Below are positions 1 through 7,979 of a stretch of DNA of 32,860 nt, one piece after another (position 1 is the first letter of the stretch; each line of letters starts with the position of its first letter). This stretch comes from a virus. Lineage: Duplodnaviria > Caudoviricetes. The notes below the pieces were generated by a model, which worked only from the letters and a program-made list of their open reading frames with translations, did not search any database and was not told the DNA's origin. Location: IMG/VR virus record IMGVR_UViG_3300022602_000279, positions 1 through 32,860 of that record. One strand, 5' to 3'. A program made the position numbers and the translations under genes.

Positions 1-799
1 CCAGTTGTGTTAATGGGATAGCCGCAGTACTCTGAGTTGTTGCGTCAGCAAAAGTAATACCACCACTGTCTATTGTAAGACTACGACTAACACTATTGCT
101 ATTAATGGCAGTAGTCCAAAACTGTATATTGCTGCCATGATTGGATCCAGTTTGATCTTGACTGGCAACAAAGTCAATATGTGCGGTACTGATTGCAGGC
201 CAACCGGTGTTGCTGTAGGGTGTGGCACCGTAACGAGCAATAATATTGCCGCTTAGTACCTGTGTGGGTGCGTCAGCTGTGCCATTGTAACGACGACCAA
301 TGAATGCGGCATAGCTGTTGACCGAGTCATTGTAGATACGAGCCGGCAGGCTGTCCTGTCCGGTCAGGTGCAACAACACACCGGTATTTTGCGGAGCAAC
401 TATCGCTCCATCAGCCGATCCAATAATATCAATGGCGCTGTCATAACTGATGTTGGGCACATAAAAGTTTAGTGTACCATTTTGTAGTGTTTCAATAATG
501 GTACGACCTGATGTGGTCAATGCGTTGAATGCACCAAGAATGTTTACGTTACCTGTGCCGTTGGTATCAAGATTTAGATCTTCATTGGTGTTGGATGTGC
601 TGATTGTGGCACCAGTAATCACAAGGTCACCAATGTTGGCATTGGTCACTGCTACCGCGGCAGCTTGTCCGCCTGGTGTAACTCCGTCGCTGATACGGAA
701 TCCTTTGACGGAATCGTACCAGATACGACCTTTTTCGCCCACGTAGGCATTGGTGTTTCCGGCTTTGCTTAAACTTGTGAATAGTTTTTGAATTGCCAT
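1..799 (-). CDS. Virion/tail fibre-like protein with Mtd_N-like N-terminus (runs off the window start; not in ORF track)
   Basis: ATG at 799 opens an uninterrupted frame to the window edge: MAIQKLFTSLSKAGNTNAYVGEKGRIWYDSVKGFRISDGVTPGG... The G-E-x-G-x-x-W-Y-D...R-x-S-D-G-x-T-P-G-G motif is typical of phage tail-appendage N-termini, followed by beta-rich G/N/T sequence. Confidence 0.75.
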   Translation of the reverse strand, partial: MAIQKLFTSLSKAGNTNAYVGEKGRIWYDSVKGFRISDGVTPGGQAAAVAVTNANIGDLVITGATISTSNTNEDLNLDTNGTGNVNILGAFNALTTSGRTIIETLQNGTLNFYVPNISYDSAIDIIGSADGAIVAPQNTGVLLHLTGQDSLPARIYNDSVNSYAAFIGRRYNGTADAPTQVLSGNIIARYGATPYSNTGWPAISTAHIDFVASQDQTGSNHGSNIQFWTTAINSNSVSRSLTIDSGGITFADATTQSTAAIPLTQL

Positions 800-801
800 A
801 A

Positions 802-1413
802 TTAAATTTCTTCTCTTAACATTTTACATTTTTCAAAGTGATATTGTTTCATCTGCGGCAATCCACCAATTTTATTGCAATGAGGACATTCAACTTTGGG
901 TTTTGGCTTTTTCAATTTATTACGCTCTAATTCAGTCCAGACTCTGCCAGGTTTCCCTGCATTAACACCTATCAATGATTTTGAAACTTTTTCCTTGTGC
1001 CACTCTGCTAAAGGTCTGCCTTTAAGTGGACTTGGTTTACCTAATTTTTTTAGTGTCTTTAATCTTTTAGCAATAGATTTTGAAAGTTGTTTTCTACCTT
1101 TAAGGGTATTTGAAATCTTATTACGGAGTTCTTCTGTTAAAATTCTACCAGAACACCCTTCGCCACCATTAGTCATATTTCTTAATATACCAGTACCTAA
1201 ATCTTTACGACCATATTTTTCTATTAGATTTATTTCTAATTCAAAAGCATCAATTTCACTTAAATTTTCTGCTAATATTTTAATTTTAGATTTATCTTTC
1301 GGTACTACAACCGAATGTTTATGATCCCAAGCTCGATTGCCCTTTCCTTTACCAATATAGTAAGGTGTGTCGTTGGATTTTCTTAAATAGGCATAAACGT
1401 AATACGTGTTCAT
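802..1413 (-). CDS. Free-standing GIY-YIG-type homing endonuclease with NUMOD3-like repeats and a C-terminal CPHC zinc-finger-like motif
   Basis: YYVYAY...PYYIGKG...R...E..LI...LRNMTNGGEG catalytic module; basic repeats (KISNTLKGRK, KVSKSLIG); VECPHC...HFEKC tail; visibly more AT-rich than its neighbours. Likely start is MNTYY at 1413 (track start 1434). Confidence 0.8.
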   Translation of the reverse strand: MNTYYVYAYLRKSNDTPYYIGKGKGNRAWDHKHSVVVPKDKSKIKILAENLSEIDAFELEINLIEKYGRKDLGTGILRNMTNGGEGCSGRILTEELRNKISNTLKGRKQLSKSIAKRLKTLKKLGKPSPLKGRPLAEWHKEKVSKSLIGVNAGKPGRVWTELERNKLKKPKPKVECPHCNKIGGLPQMKQYHFEKCKMLREEI

Positions 1414-1423
1414 GTTATCTATT

Positions 1424-1780
1424 TTACGATTCAAAAGGTTCGTCTTCGTCAGCTATGGCAATAATGGCTGGTTTGATTCCTGCGTTTTGGCGCATGATTG
1501 CAAGTTCGTCTGGCTCACACTCACATGGTTCGCAACCACACTCCGTGCATGCTTCTTCACCGGCCATGCGTTTCATTAGATCAAGTTTTTGTTGTAGTGG
1601 AGCTACCATTGACTTGACATTGACCTGTGCCGCACCTTCGATTCCGGCTGTGTCAGCAGGTTGGCCTGCTTCAACGTCCACGATTTCGGGACGGTTGGTG
1701 ATTTCTGTTGAACTGCTTTGATTGGCTTCTTGTGCATCTAACACATCAGCTATTTTACGAATAATTTCACTGGCTCTCAT
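1424..1780 (-). CDS. Hypothetical acidic protein with a CxxCxCxxCxC cluster, probably virion/head-associated
   Basis: Likely start MRASEII at 1780, after the upstream stop; CTECGCEPCEC motif; acidic C-terminus. Confidence 0.6.
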   Translation of the reverse strand: MRASEIIRKIADVLDAQEANQSSSTEITNRPEIVDVEAGQPADTAGIEGAAQVNVKSMVAPLQQKLDLMKRMAGEEACTECGCEPCECEPDELAIMRQNAGIKPAIIAIADEDEPFES

Positions 1781-1791
1781 AGTTGTCCTTC

Positions 1792-2112
1792 TTACCAAGC
1801 AGCTACGTTAGCTTGTGTTGAATTGTTTGCTACAGGTACGGATTGTCCACTTGGAAATACATTACCAACCTGTGTAATGGTCATTGCAGCCACTCCGGCA
1901 ATGGGTAGTAAACTCAGGGTATTGCCAATGCCCTGCATGTTGACACCAGTTCTATAACCAGCTGGAATCATTGCATTCACGTTGCTGGTTGTTGATGCTG
2001 TACCGTTGATATTGGCGTAGCAGGCCACGTTGGCCACAACTATAACTTTGGTACTCGTGATTGGTGGAGTAGTTACAGCTGAAGCAGATACGTATGTGTA
2101 AGATATTGCCAT
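1792..2112 (-). CDS. Small beta-rich putative virion structural protein
   Basis: A/T/V/N-rich composition; AAGGA RBS; late-type promoter just upstream. Confidence 0.55.
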   Translation of the reverse strand: MAISYTYVSASAVTTPPITSTKVIVVANVACYANINGTASTTSNVNAMIPAGYRTGVNMQGIGNTLSLLPIAGVAAMTITQVGNVFPSGQSVPVANNSTQANVAAW

Positions 2113-2136
2113 GTTAAATTCCTTGGATGTTACAGT

Positions 2137-2145
2137 TATTTATCG
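2137..2145 (-). promoter_or_regulatory. Late-type promoter CGATAAATA
   Basis: T4-late-like TAAATA core in the short intergenic gap before the gene starting at 2112; the identical 9-mer occurs at 5288 and 28144. Confidence 0.65.
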
Positions 2146-3390
2146 TTAGAACGTCTGCGACCAACCGTTTACGGTCTTGGTCCAAATGGCTCGTACGTTT
2201 GCCCAGGTGTTTGTGGCTGTTTTAACCCGTACATTGGCTAGATAACCCCAGGTACCGCCACCAGTTTTGACTCTAGTGCCACCAGAATTTATCATTTGGT
2301 ACACAGCAGTACCATTCGGTGCTCCCAGTCCCGAAACCGGATCCCATCCTACAGCGGACGCATAGCCCACAGACAAGGGGCTATCATTGTTACCGGTGGT
2401 CAGGTCAAAATAAGCACTGGCGTTTGAGTATAGTATTTTGTGTACCGCATTTGCTACAGGTCTGCGTCCACCATTTAACGAAATATATCTTGCAAACATA
2501 CCGGCTATGATAGGAGCCGAAGCACTGGTACCGACCACGCTGCTGATAGCACCATTGTACCATAGCACATAAGTTTGAAATGGAGCAGATACATCAGGAA
2601 CTCCACGTCCTGTCAAGGTAGACACATGACTATAGTTGTTTGAAGTAAAGTACAAATTGGCGGTTAGGCCAGTTTGCCAGGTTGGTACAGAAAACAAGGA
2701 ACTGACACCACCACCCGATGAAGGTGAAACAGATTCTATAAATCTGGCATAGGTGCCGGTATTGTAATTCAATATGGTTCCGCCCACAGCAACCACGTTG
2801 GGACTGGATGCAGGATATTGTACTGCCAGAGCGCCGCCTGAATCTGACCCCAAGTCACCTGATGCTGCACAAATGGTTATTCCCTGTGCGGAGGCATTGG
2901 CCAAGGGGGCCGCCAGGTAATCTGTAGATTCTGTACCACCCCAGCTGATGGTGATCACATCGCAACCTTCGTTGACTGCACGGTTGACCACGTTGGCAAA
3001 ACCTGAAGTAGAATTTTGCCCGGTGTAGATAACAATGTTGGCGCTGGGCACCATACCGGCTATACAATATAAGTCTAGGGTATTTTCAAGACTGGCGTTG
3101 CTGTCACTAGTGCTAAACACATTGCCAGCTCCATCTACTAATACACTGGTAATATTTTGTGCAAGTGTTAGGCCTAAGTTACCAAGACTTTTTTGTAGGT
3201 CCGCTGGTAACCAACCGCCGCCCAGACTAACAATACCAACTTTTACGTTGGCGCCGGCACTGGCTGGCATCGAGTATGCAGTTGAAATAATAGGCGGGGT
3301 GACATTGAGTCCATTGATATAGTTACTGAGACTATCTGCTGGATCAGTTGATACAACTGACGTGGTTGAAATGCATGAATTAGCTGTCAT
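2146..3390 (-). CDS. S53 (sedolisin/kumamolisin-like) serine-carboxyl peptidase, mature domain only, with a short Trp-rich C-terminal extension
   Basis: E-x-x-L-D (SLENTLD; catalytic Glu/Asp), AASGDLGS (oxyanion Asp), YPASSPNVVAVGGT, GRGVPDVS, VGTSASAP (catalytic Ser), GWDPVSGLG (Ca-site region). Confidence 0.88.
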   Translation of the reverse strand: MTANSCISTTSVVSTDPADSLSNYINGLNVTPPIISTAYSMPASAGANVKVGIVSLGGGWLPADLQKSLGNLGLTLAQNITSVLVDGAGNVFSTSDSNASLENTLDLYCIAGMVPSANIVIYTGQNSTSGFANVVNRAVNEGCDVITISWGGTESTDYLAAPLANASAQGITICAASGDLGSDSGGALAVQYPASSPNVVAVGGTILNYNTGTYARFIESVSPSSGGGVSSLFSVPTWQTGLTANLYFTSNNYSHVSTLTGRGVPDVSAPFQTYVLWYNGAISSVVGTSASAPIIAGMFARYISLNGGRRPVANAVHKILYSNASAYFDLTTGNNDSPLSVGYASAVGWDPVSGLGAPNGTAVYQMINSGGTRVKTGGGTWGYLANVRVKTATNTWANVRAIWTKTVNGWSQTF

Positions 3391-3393
3391 GTG

Positions 3394-5265
3394 TTAAAAC
3401 GTCTGATACCAAATATCGCCGACGTTGCCCTGTGATCCAGTTGGTGCTACATTCGATACCCAGGTATAGCGAGCCACATTGGACACCATGGCAATATTGC
3501 CATTGGAATAAACAGGGCCAACGGATACAACATTGCCTGCGGTGAGATTTGAGTTAACTGCCAGATTGCCTTGTGTGGTAACGGTGCCATTGGCATTGCC
3601 CATCAATATAACATTGGCACTCAGGCCCATGTACAGGGTTGTGGTCAAGTTAAAGATGTTGGCAATTGGTGCTGTGGTTCTTAGGTGTCCACCAGAAGTA
3701 TATAAATTACCAGTGGCCGTGATATCTTTGGCCGAGGCAATGTTGCCCGATGCTGTGATAGTATTAGCTGATATATTTGCTGTGACAATGTTACCTGCAC
3801 TGATGTTGCCTGTAGCAGTCAGCAGATATGTGGCAACATTGGTGTTGCTGTAGGTTGGTGGAGCATAAGGCACACCATTGGCCCAGAATACACCTGACGT
3901 GGTTATAACGTTGCCAATGTTGGCCGTACCTGGAGTACGAATATTTCCAATAGTTGCTATGGTATAAACGGTAGCAGCATTAGCAACCAGTGTACCGGCT
4001 TCTACCAGTGGTGACTGCACACTGATATTGGAAATAAAGAAACCCAAGGTTGTGGTATTTCCCACAATAAAAATATTACTACCAGTGTATTGCCCTGTAT
4101 AGGTTGGCAAGTAGTTGGCCACATTGCTGTCACCGTAGGTTCCTGCTGATTTCTGGAATGTTAGATTGGCATAGGTACCCAGTGATGTAACATTGCTTTG
4201 TACTGCGGCAGTGACTAGATTGGCCGCTGTGATATTGGCACTTAAAGAATTAATTTGTTGTGACTGAATAGTAGCATTGGACTGCCAGGAGACCGTCACG
4301 TTGTTTATGGATACATTGGCTGAAGCCACATTGGCTGCCATGGCAGAATTCAAGGCATTGACGTAACCAACAACCGCTGAGTTGGCGGTAACTATGGCCG
4401 CATTGGAGCCAATCACATTGGCATTAATGGTGTTGATTTCTGATTGTAGTGTTGCAACATTGGCAGTCAGGGTTATTACATTGCCCTGCAGGGTTGTAAT
4501 GCTAGCATCATGCGAACTCAGAGTATCAAATACCGAGGTTAGACTATTGTTTACCACACCAAGATTGGCATCTAATACCTGTATGTGAACATTGGCAGCG
4601 GTAATGTTGGCGTTGATTGGTGCATAGTTTGAGTTGACCGAACTCAATCCAGATTGTAAATTTGCAATGACCACATTTGCCGCCGTCACGTTGGCATTGA
4701 CAGTATTGAGAATGCCGGCCTGTGTAGAAGCATTGGCGTACAGGTCATTGATAGAGCTGTTGAATCCAACAACATTGGTATTTAAATTGTTGATTGAACT
4801 GGCCAATGAACCGGTATTGGCCTGTAGGTTAGCCACGCTGGCACCGATATTGCCAATATTGGAAGTGATTTCACCAAGGTCTATTTCTATTTCACCAACG
4901 TTGCTTGTTAAGTAAGCAATATTACCCACAATGACTCCAACATTGGTTGACAAGGCCGCTACATTAGCATTCACCAATGCAACATTAGAACTACCAATAT
5001 TGGCGGCTATACCAGCAACATACACATTGCTGGCATTTGTTGCAGCAAGGACATTGGCATAACTAACTGCACCTATTACATCATTGACATAAAGTATTAC
5101 GTTACCAGTTCGCCCGGCAACAGAAGCAACCGGAGAATTAACTGTAACATTCCCGTTGGCAATATTGGCAAAATTTGAATCAATTATTTGGAATGCAGTA
5201 CGTAATGGGTTACCGGTTCCATCGTTAGCGGTGTTGCCTACAAAGACATTAGCGAAAATACTCAT
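3394..5265 (-). CDS. Tail fibre/baseplate appendage with T4 gp9/gp10-like N-terminus and long Asn/Ala/Val coiled coil
   Basis: N-terminal VGNTANDGTGNPLRTAFQIIDSNF (gp9/gp10-type motif); VASVAGRTGNV motif; heptad region; C-terminal APTGSQGNVGDIWYQ motif typical of fibre ends. Confidence 0.8.
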   Translation of the reverse strand: MSIFANVFVGNTANDGTGNPLRTAFQIIDSNFANIANGNVTVNSPVASVAGRTGNVILYVNDVIGAVSYANVLAATNASNVYVAGIAANIGSSNVALVNANVAALSTNVGVIVGNIAYLTSNVGEIEIDLGEITSNIGNIGASVANLQANTGSLASSINNLNTNVVGFNSSINDLYANASTQAGILNTVNANVTAANVVIANLQSGLSSVNSNYAPINANITAANVHIQVLDANLGVVNNSLTSVFDTLSSHDASITTLQGNVITLTANVATLQSEINTINANVIGSNAAIVTANSAVVGYVNALNSAMAANVASANVSINNVTVSWQSNATIQSQQINSLSANITAANLVTAAVQSNVTSLGTYANLTFQKSAGTYGDSNVANYLPTYTGQYTGSNIFIVGNTTTLGFFISNISVQSPLVEAGTLVANAATVYTIATIGNIRTPGTANIGNVITTSGVFWANGVPYAPPTYSNTNVATYLLTATGNISAGNIVTANISANTITASGNIASAKDITATGNLYTSGGHLRTTAPIANIFNLTTTLYMGLSANVILMGNANGTVTTQGNLAVNSNLTAGNVVSVGPVYSNGNIAMVSNVARYTWVSNVAPTGSQGNVGDIWYQTF

Positions 5266-5287
5266 TATTTTTTACCCTGTTATAGAG

Positions 5288-5296
5288 TATTTATCG
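5288..5296 (-). promoter_or_regulatory. Late-type promoter CGATAAATA for the fibre-protease operon
   Basis: Lies immediately after the uvsE terminator and 22 nt before the fibre ATG. Confidence 0.7.
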
Positions 5297-5302
5297 CAAA
5301 AC

Positions 5303-5329
5303 AAAAAAGCCCGCATCAGCGAGCTTTTT
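5303..5329 (-). terminator. Rho-independent terminator after uvsE
   Basis: Minus strand AAAAAGCTCGC-TGAT-GCGGGCTTTTTT: GC stem with one G-U pair, 4-nt loop, U-tract. Confidence 0.85.
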
Positions 5330-5346
5330 CGATCAGTATGTGTTAT

Positions 5347-6372
5347 TTATAAACCCAGCTGTTTGGCTCGGTTATATACCTGTTCGCTGGCTAGATTTTT
5401 GCCTTTGGATTCGCATTGTATGTCAAACTGGTCCCAAAATGTCAAAGCCCAATCGGTAACTGCACTATTCCAGTAGAAATCTGAATGTGCCCGCAATTTT
5501 TGTTTTTTGTGGCCTTCTACCAAAAGCGCCGCATAGTCGGGGGCAACAAGTGCGTCATGTCCCACAAGTATGTCTTCCCTGCTGATACTGTAATGCATAG
5601 CAGGGCGAACACCGCGCCAGCTATCAACAACTCGCCGAACACGTTCGTCGTTGGGCTGGAGATAGGCTCCTTCGCGTATCCAATAATGATGAACATCGAG
5701 CACAACAGGAACAAGATCAGAAATGGTAAGACAATCATTCAACCCCCAGGAGTTTTCTTCGTTTTCGATAGTGATACAGTTACGGGCTTCAGGACTCAGT
5801 TTCTTGTAGGCCTCTCTGATACCTTCGGGACCACGCTTGCCCGAGATGTGGACATTGATTTTAAAGTCTTGAAATGATCGACCATAGCCCATCCAGCGAG
5901 CCATGTCGGCATGATATTCAAATTCGTCAATGCTACGTTCAACTATGCCAGGATTCTCCGATGCCAACACACAGAACTGTCCGGGATGGAAACTGAGTCT
6001 AACATCAAGTCTACGTGCCGTTTCACCTATGGGTGCAAAGATACGTTCAAGATGATCCTGTATCTCTCTGCGTTGCCACCAGGCCTGCCAATCCTTCTCG
6101 GTATAGCCCTGTAGCATTTCTGAGCCCAAGCGCACCATACGACGTTCTGGCGGCAAGGTAGCCACACGCTCAATCATTTTCACAGCAGCCGCGGCATTGT
6201 GATTCATTATGTCCCACTGACGCTGTTCGGCTTCGGCTGGATGCTCACGCAACCAACGCATGGTAGTTGAACGCCCGTTAAGGTCCCGATCTTTTGCATT
6301 GACTTTCATGCCGCCACATTCGGACGGATCATTGAGCCATTTGCAACAGAAGCCAATACGTTTAGTGTACAA
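5347..6372 (-). CDS. uvsE: UV damage endonuclease (UvsE/UVDE)
   Basis: RIGFCC N-terminus, R-L-G-S, RLSFHPGQF, INVH, IENEE, LDVHH, HYS, RAHSD, ESKGK motifs of the UVDE TIM barrel. Likely TTG start at 6372 behind GAGGA (track start 6444). Confidence 0.92.
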   Translation of the reverse strand: MYTKRIGFCCKWLNDPSECGGMKVNAKDRDLNGRSTTMRWLREHPAEAEQRQWDIMNHNAAAAVKMIERVATLPPERRMVRLGSEMLQGYTEKDWQAWWQRREIQDHLERIFAPIGETARRLDVRLSFHPGQFCVLASENPGIVERSIDEFEYHADMARWMGYGRSFQDFKINVHISGKRGPEGIREAYKKLSPEARNCITIENEENSWGLNDCLTISDLVPVVLDVHHYWIREGAYLQPNDERVRRVVDSWRGVRPAMHYSISREDILVGHDALVAPDYAALLVEGHKKQKLRAHSDFYWNSAVTDWALTFWDQFDIQCESKGKNLASEQVYNRAKQLGL

Positions 6373-6640
6373 TATATTCCTCAAATTCGTAGTATACACT
6401 ACCCCGAGCTTCTGCGTCAACAATAGCCTGTTCGAATTCTTCATTTATACTGCGTATGTCTATGGCTATGTCCAGGGCTCGAAGTATAGCTTCACCGGCC
6501 TCGTGATGTTCGGTGTCCAATAGGCCTTCGCCAATTTCAACCAATTGTTCTAACACAATATCTAGTTCGTCAGCGGTGAGCTCTTTGATAGCAACTTTGT
6601 TATCAAGTATATCTTGAACTAGTAATTCTGGATCTCTCAT
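6362..6640 (-). CDS. Hypothetical highly acidic protein
   Basis: Coupled start/stop overlaps with both neighbours; E/D-rich helical sequence. Confidence 0.6.
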   Translation of the reverse strand: MRDPELLVQDILDNKVAIKELTADELDIVLEQLVEIGEGLLDTEHHEAGEAILRALDIAIDIRSINEEFEQAIVDAEARGSVYYEFEEYIVH

Positions 6641-6834
6641 TTTAGCTCCATGATTTGTTTGATTGCTTCTGTGGCTTCGGGGAATCCAGCACGGGCCTTT
6701 TGTTCCAGGGCAGATTCCATGTAGTGTTCTTGAAGCACATGTAAACTATTTACAAATTCAGGAATATCTCGTTTACTAATAGTATAACGAAAGTTAAACC
6801 GATTGTCGGGACGGGGAGTATCTTCGGGCCACAT
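6637..6834 (-). CDS. Hypothetical protein
   Basis: Tight packing in the operon; ATGA overlap with the next gene. Confidence 0.55.
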   Translation of the reverse strand: MWPEDTPRPDNRFNFRYTISKRDIPEFVNSLHVLQEHYMESALEQKARAGFPEATEAIKQIMELK

Positions 6835-6837
6835 AAT

Positions 6838-7050
6838 TTATCCTTGCACAAAAACTTCTACGGTCTGAATGTGACCTACAAATTCTTTGTAGGTCATCAA
6901 ACTATACGGGCTGTGATTGTAAAACTCCTGTGGCATTTTAATTCTAACACCATCTTTAAAACACTCATGAAAGGTTTTGATGTTGTCTTCTTCCACATCG
7001 TCCCAAGGACAGTATTCATAACCTAAATAATTGTATAAGCTGTTTTGCAT
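6838..7050 (-). CDS. Hypothetical protein
   Basis: GGAG RBS; tight packing. Confidence 0.55.
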   Translation of the reverse strand: MQNSLYNYLGYEYCPWDDVEEDNIKTFHECFKDGVRIKMPQEFYNHSPYSLMTYKEFVGHIQTVEVFVQG

Positions 7051-7052
7051 GA

Positions 7053-7295
7053 TTACTCCAAAAAATAAACAGTAAAAGCACGAGCATTTCTTTTGAGCGT
7101 GTCACGTTGTTGGCTATGTGGACCACGGTAACGGATACGAACATTGTACCCCAACTGCTTGAGACCCGTTCGGACTTTTTCTACCCTGGCTATAGGCACC
7201 ATACGCAGGTCGGGATATTCTCGAACAGTTTTGTACAGATCAGGTAACCCGGCTATAAAAGATTCAGTTATCAAATCACTGGGTTGATAATACAT
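7053..7295 (-). CDS. Hypothetical basic protein
   Basis: Tight packing; RIRYRGP motif. Confidence 0.55.
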   Translation of the reverse strand: MYYQPSDLITESFIAGLPDLYKTVREYPDLRMVPIARVEKVRTGLKQLGYNVRIRYRGPHSQQRDTLKRNARAFTVYFLE

Positions 7296-7296
7296 C

Positions 7297-7737
7297 TTAG
7301 TTGGCCTCGTAAGCGGCTTTGAGTTTTTTCATAAACTCGGCACGAATCTTGGCCGCTTCTCTTGGCGACATAGGTGCGTCCCAGTCAAACTTGTCTGTGG
7401 TGGGTTTTTTGATAGTGGCCTTGCGAGCGGAAAAAGTAGCCATTACCGTACGTGGCTTTTTGACTGCCTTGGGTTTGGCAAACGGATTTTCGTCTCGGAT
7501 TAAACTGGTAAGAAGGCCTGTGGCTTCGGGTGTATTATGATTGGGATATGAAATGGCCAAGTTAGTGAGCACATACTTAGCAGCATCATTCTTGGTCATT
7601 GGGTTAGGCAAGATTGCCATTGAGATGTCTGTATCACCCAGTTTGGCCAACTGCTGGGCACGAGCCATGTCGTTAGCAGTACGAAATTTTAACGCACCTG
7701 CTACACGGCTAAAACCTGCAAATCTTACTGTACTCAT
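7297..7737 (-). CDS. Hypothetical basic (K/A-rich) early protein, possibly nucleic-acid binding
   Basis: Strong TAAGGAG RBS; directly downstream of a near-consensus sigma70 promoter. Confidence 0.65.
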   Translation of the reverse strand: MSTVRFAGFSRVAGALKFRTANDMARAQQLAKLGDTDISMAILPNPMTKNDAAKYVLTNLAISYPNHNTPEATGLLTSLIRDENPFAKPKAVKKPRTVMATFSARKATIKKPTTDKFDWDAPMSPREAAKIRAEFMKKLKAAYEAN

Positions 7738-7766
7738 ACTAGCTCCTTATTAGTTACTATACAAGT

Positions 7767-7795
7767 ATTATACTATTTTGGCAATTTTGGGTCAA
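7767..7795 (-). promoter_or_regulatory. sigma70-type (early) promoter TTGACC-N17-TATAAT
   Basis: -35 at 7795-7790, -10 at 7772-7767, exact 17-bp spacer. Confidence 0.85.
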
Positions 7796-7941
7796 CCGTT
7801 GTGATCACGGCCTGGGTGCTTGGAACGGCGCTTGTAGCGGTCCTTGCGTTCAACCCGCTGGGGCTTGAACGGGGTGTCGCTTAAAAACAACACCCTGTGA
7901 GCACGGGTTTTTTGTGGGATTTTTACAACAATCTTATTCAT
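7792..7941 (-). CDS. 49-aa basic protein resembling the core of alternative ribosome-rescue factor ArfA (not in ORF track)
   Basis: MNKIVVKIPQKTRAHRVLFLSDTPFKPQRVERKDRYKRRSKHPGRDHNG*; fills the gap between two promoters; motif D-x-P-F...QRVE-x-K...Y-x-R-x-x-K-H. Confidence 0.65.
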   Translation of the reverse strand: MNKIVVKIPQKTRAHRVLFLSDTPFKPQRVERKDRYKRRSKHPGRDHNG

Positions 7942-7950
7942 AGTATAGTA

Positions 7951-7979
7951 ATTATACTATTTTGAGATTTTATGGTCTA
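7951..7979 (-). promoter_or_regulatory. sigma70-type promoter TAGACC-N17-TATAAT
   Basis: -10 at 7956-7951, -35 at 7979-7974; shares CAAAATAGTATAAT with the promoter at 7767. Confidence 0.75.

Noticed and set aside
3394-5265. Enrichment of N-x-S/T glycosylation sequons in the fibre
   Set aside because: I count about 20 by eye, roughly what the very high Asn and Ser/Thr content would give by chance.
5344-5351. TATAAATA at the uvsE stop (and GCTAAATA at 26402-26395)
   Set aside because: Both lie just upstream of terminators, so they could not drive the next gene; better candidates lie past each terminator.
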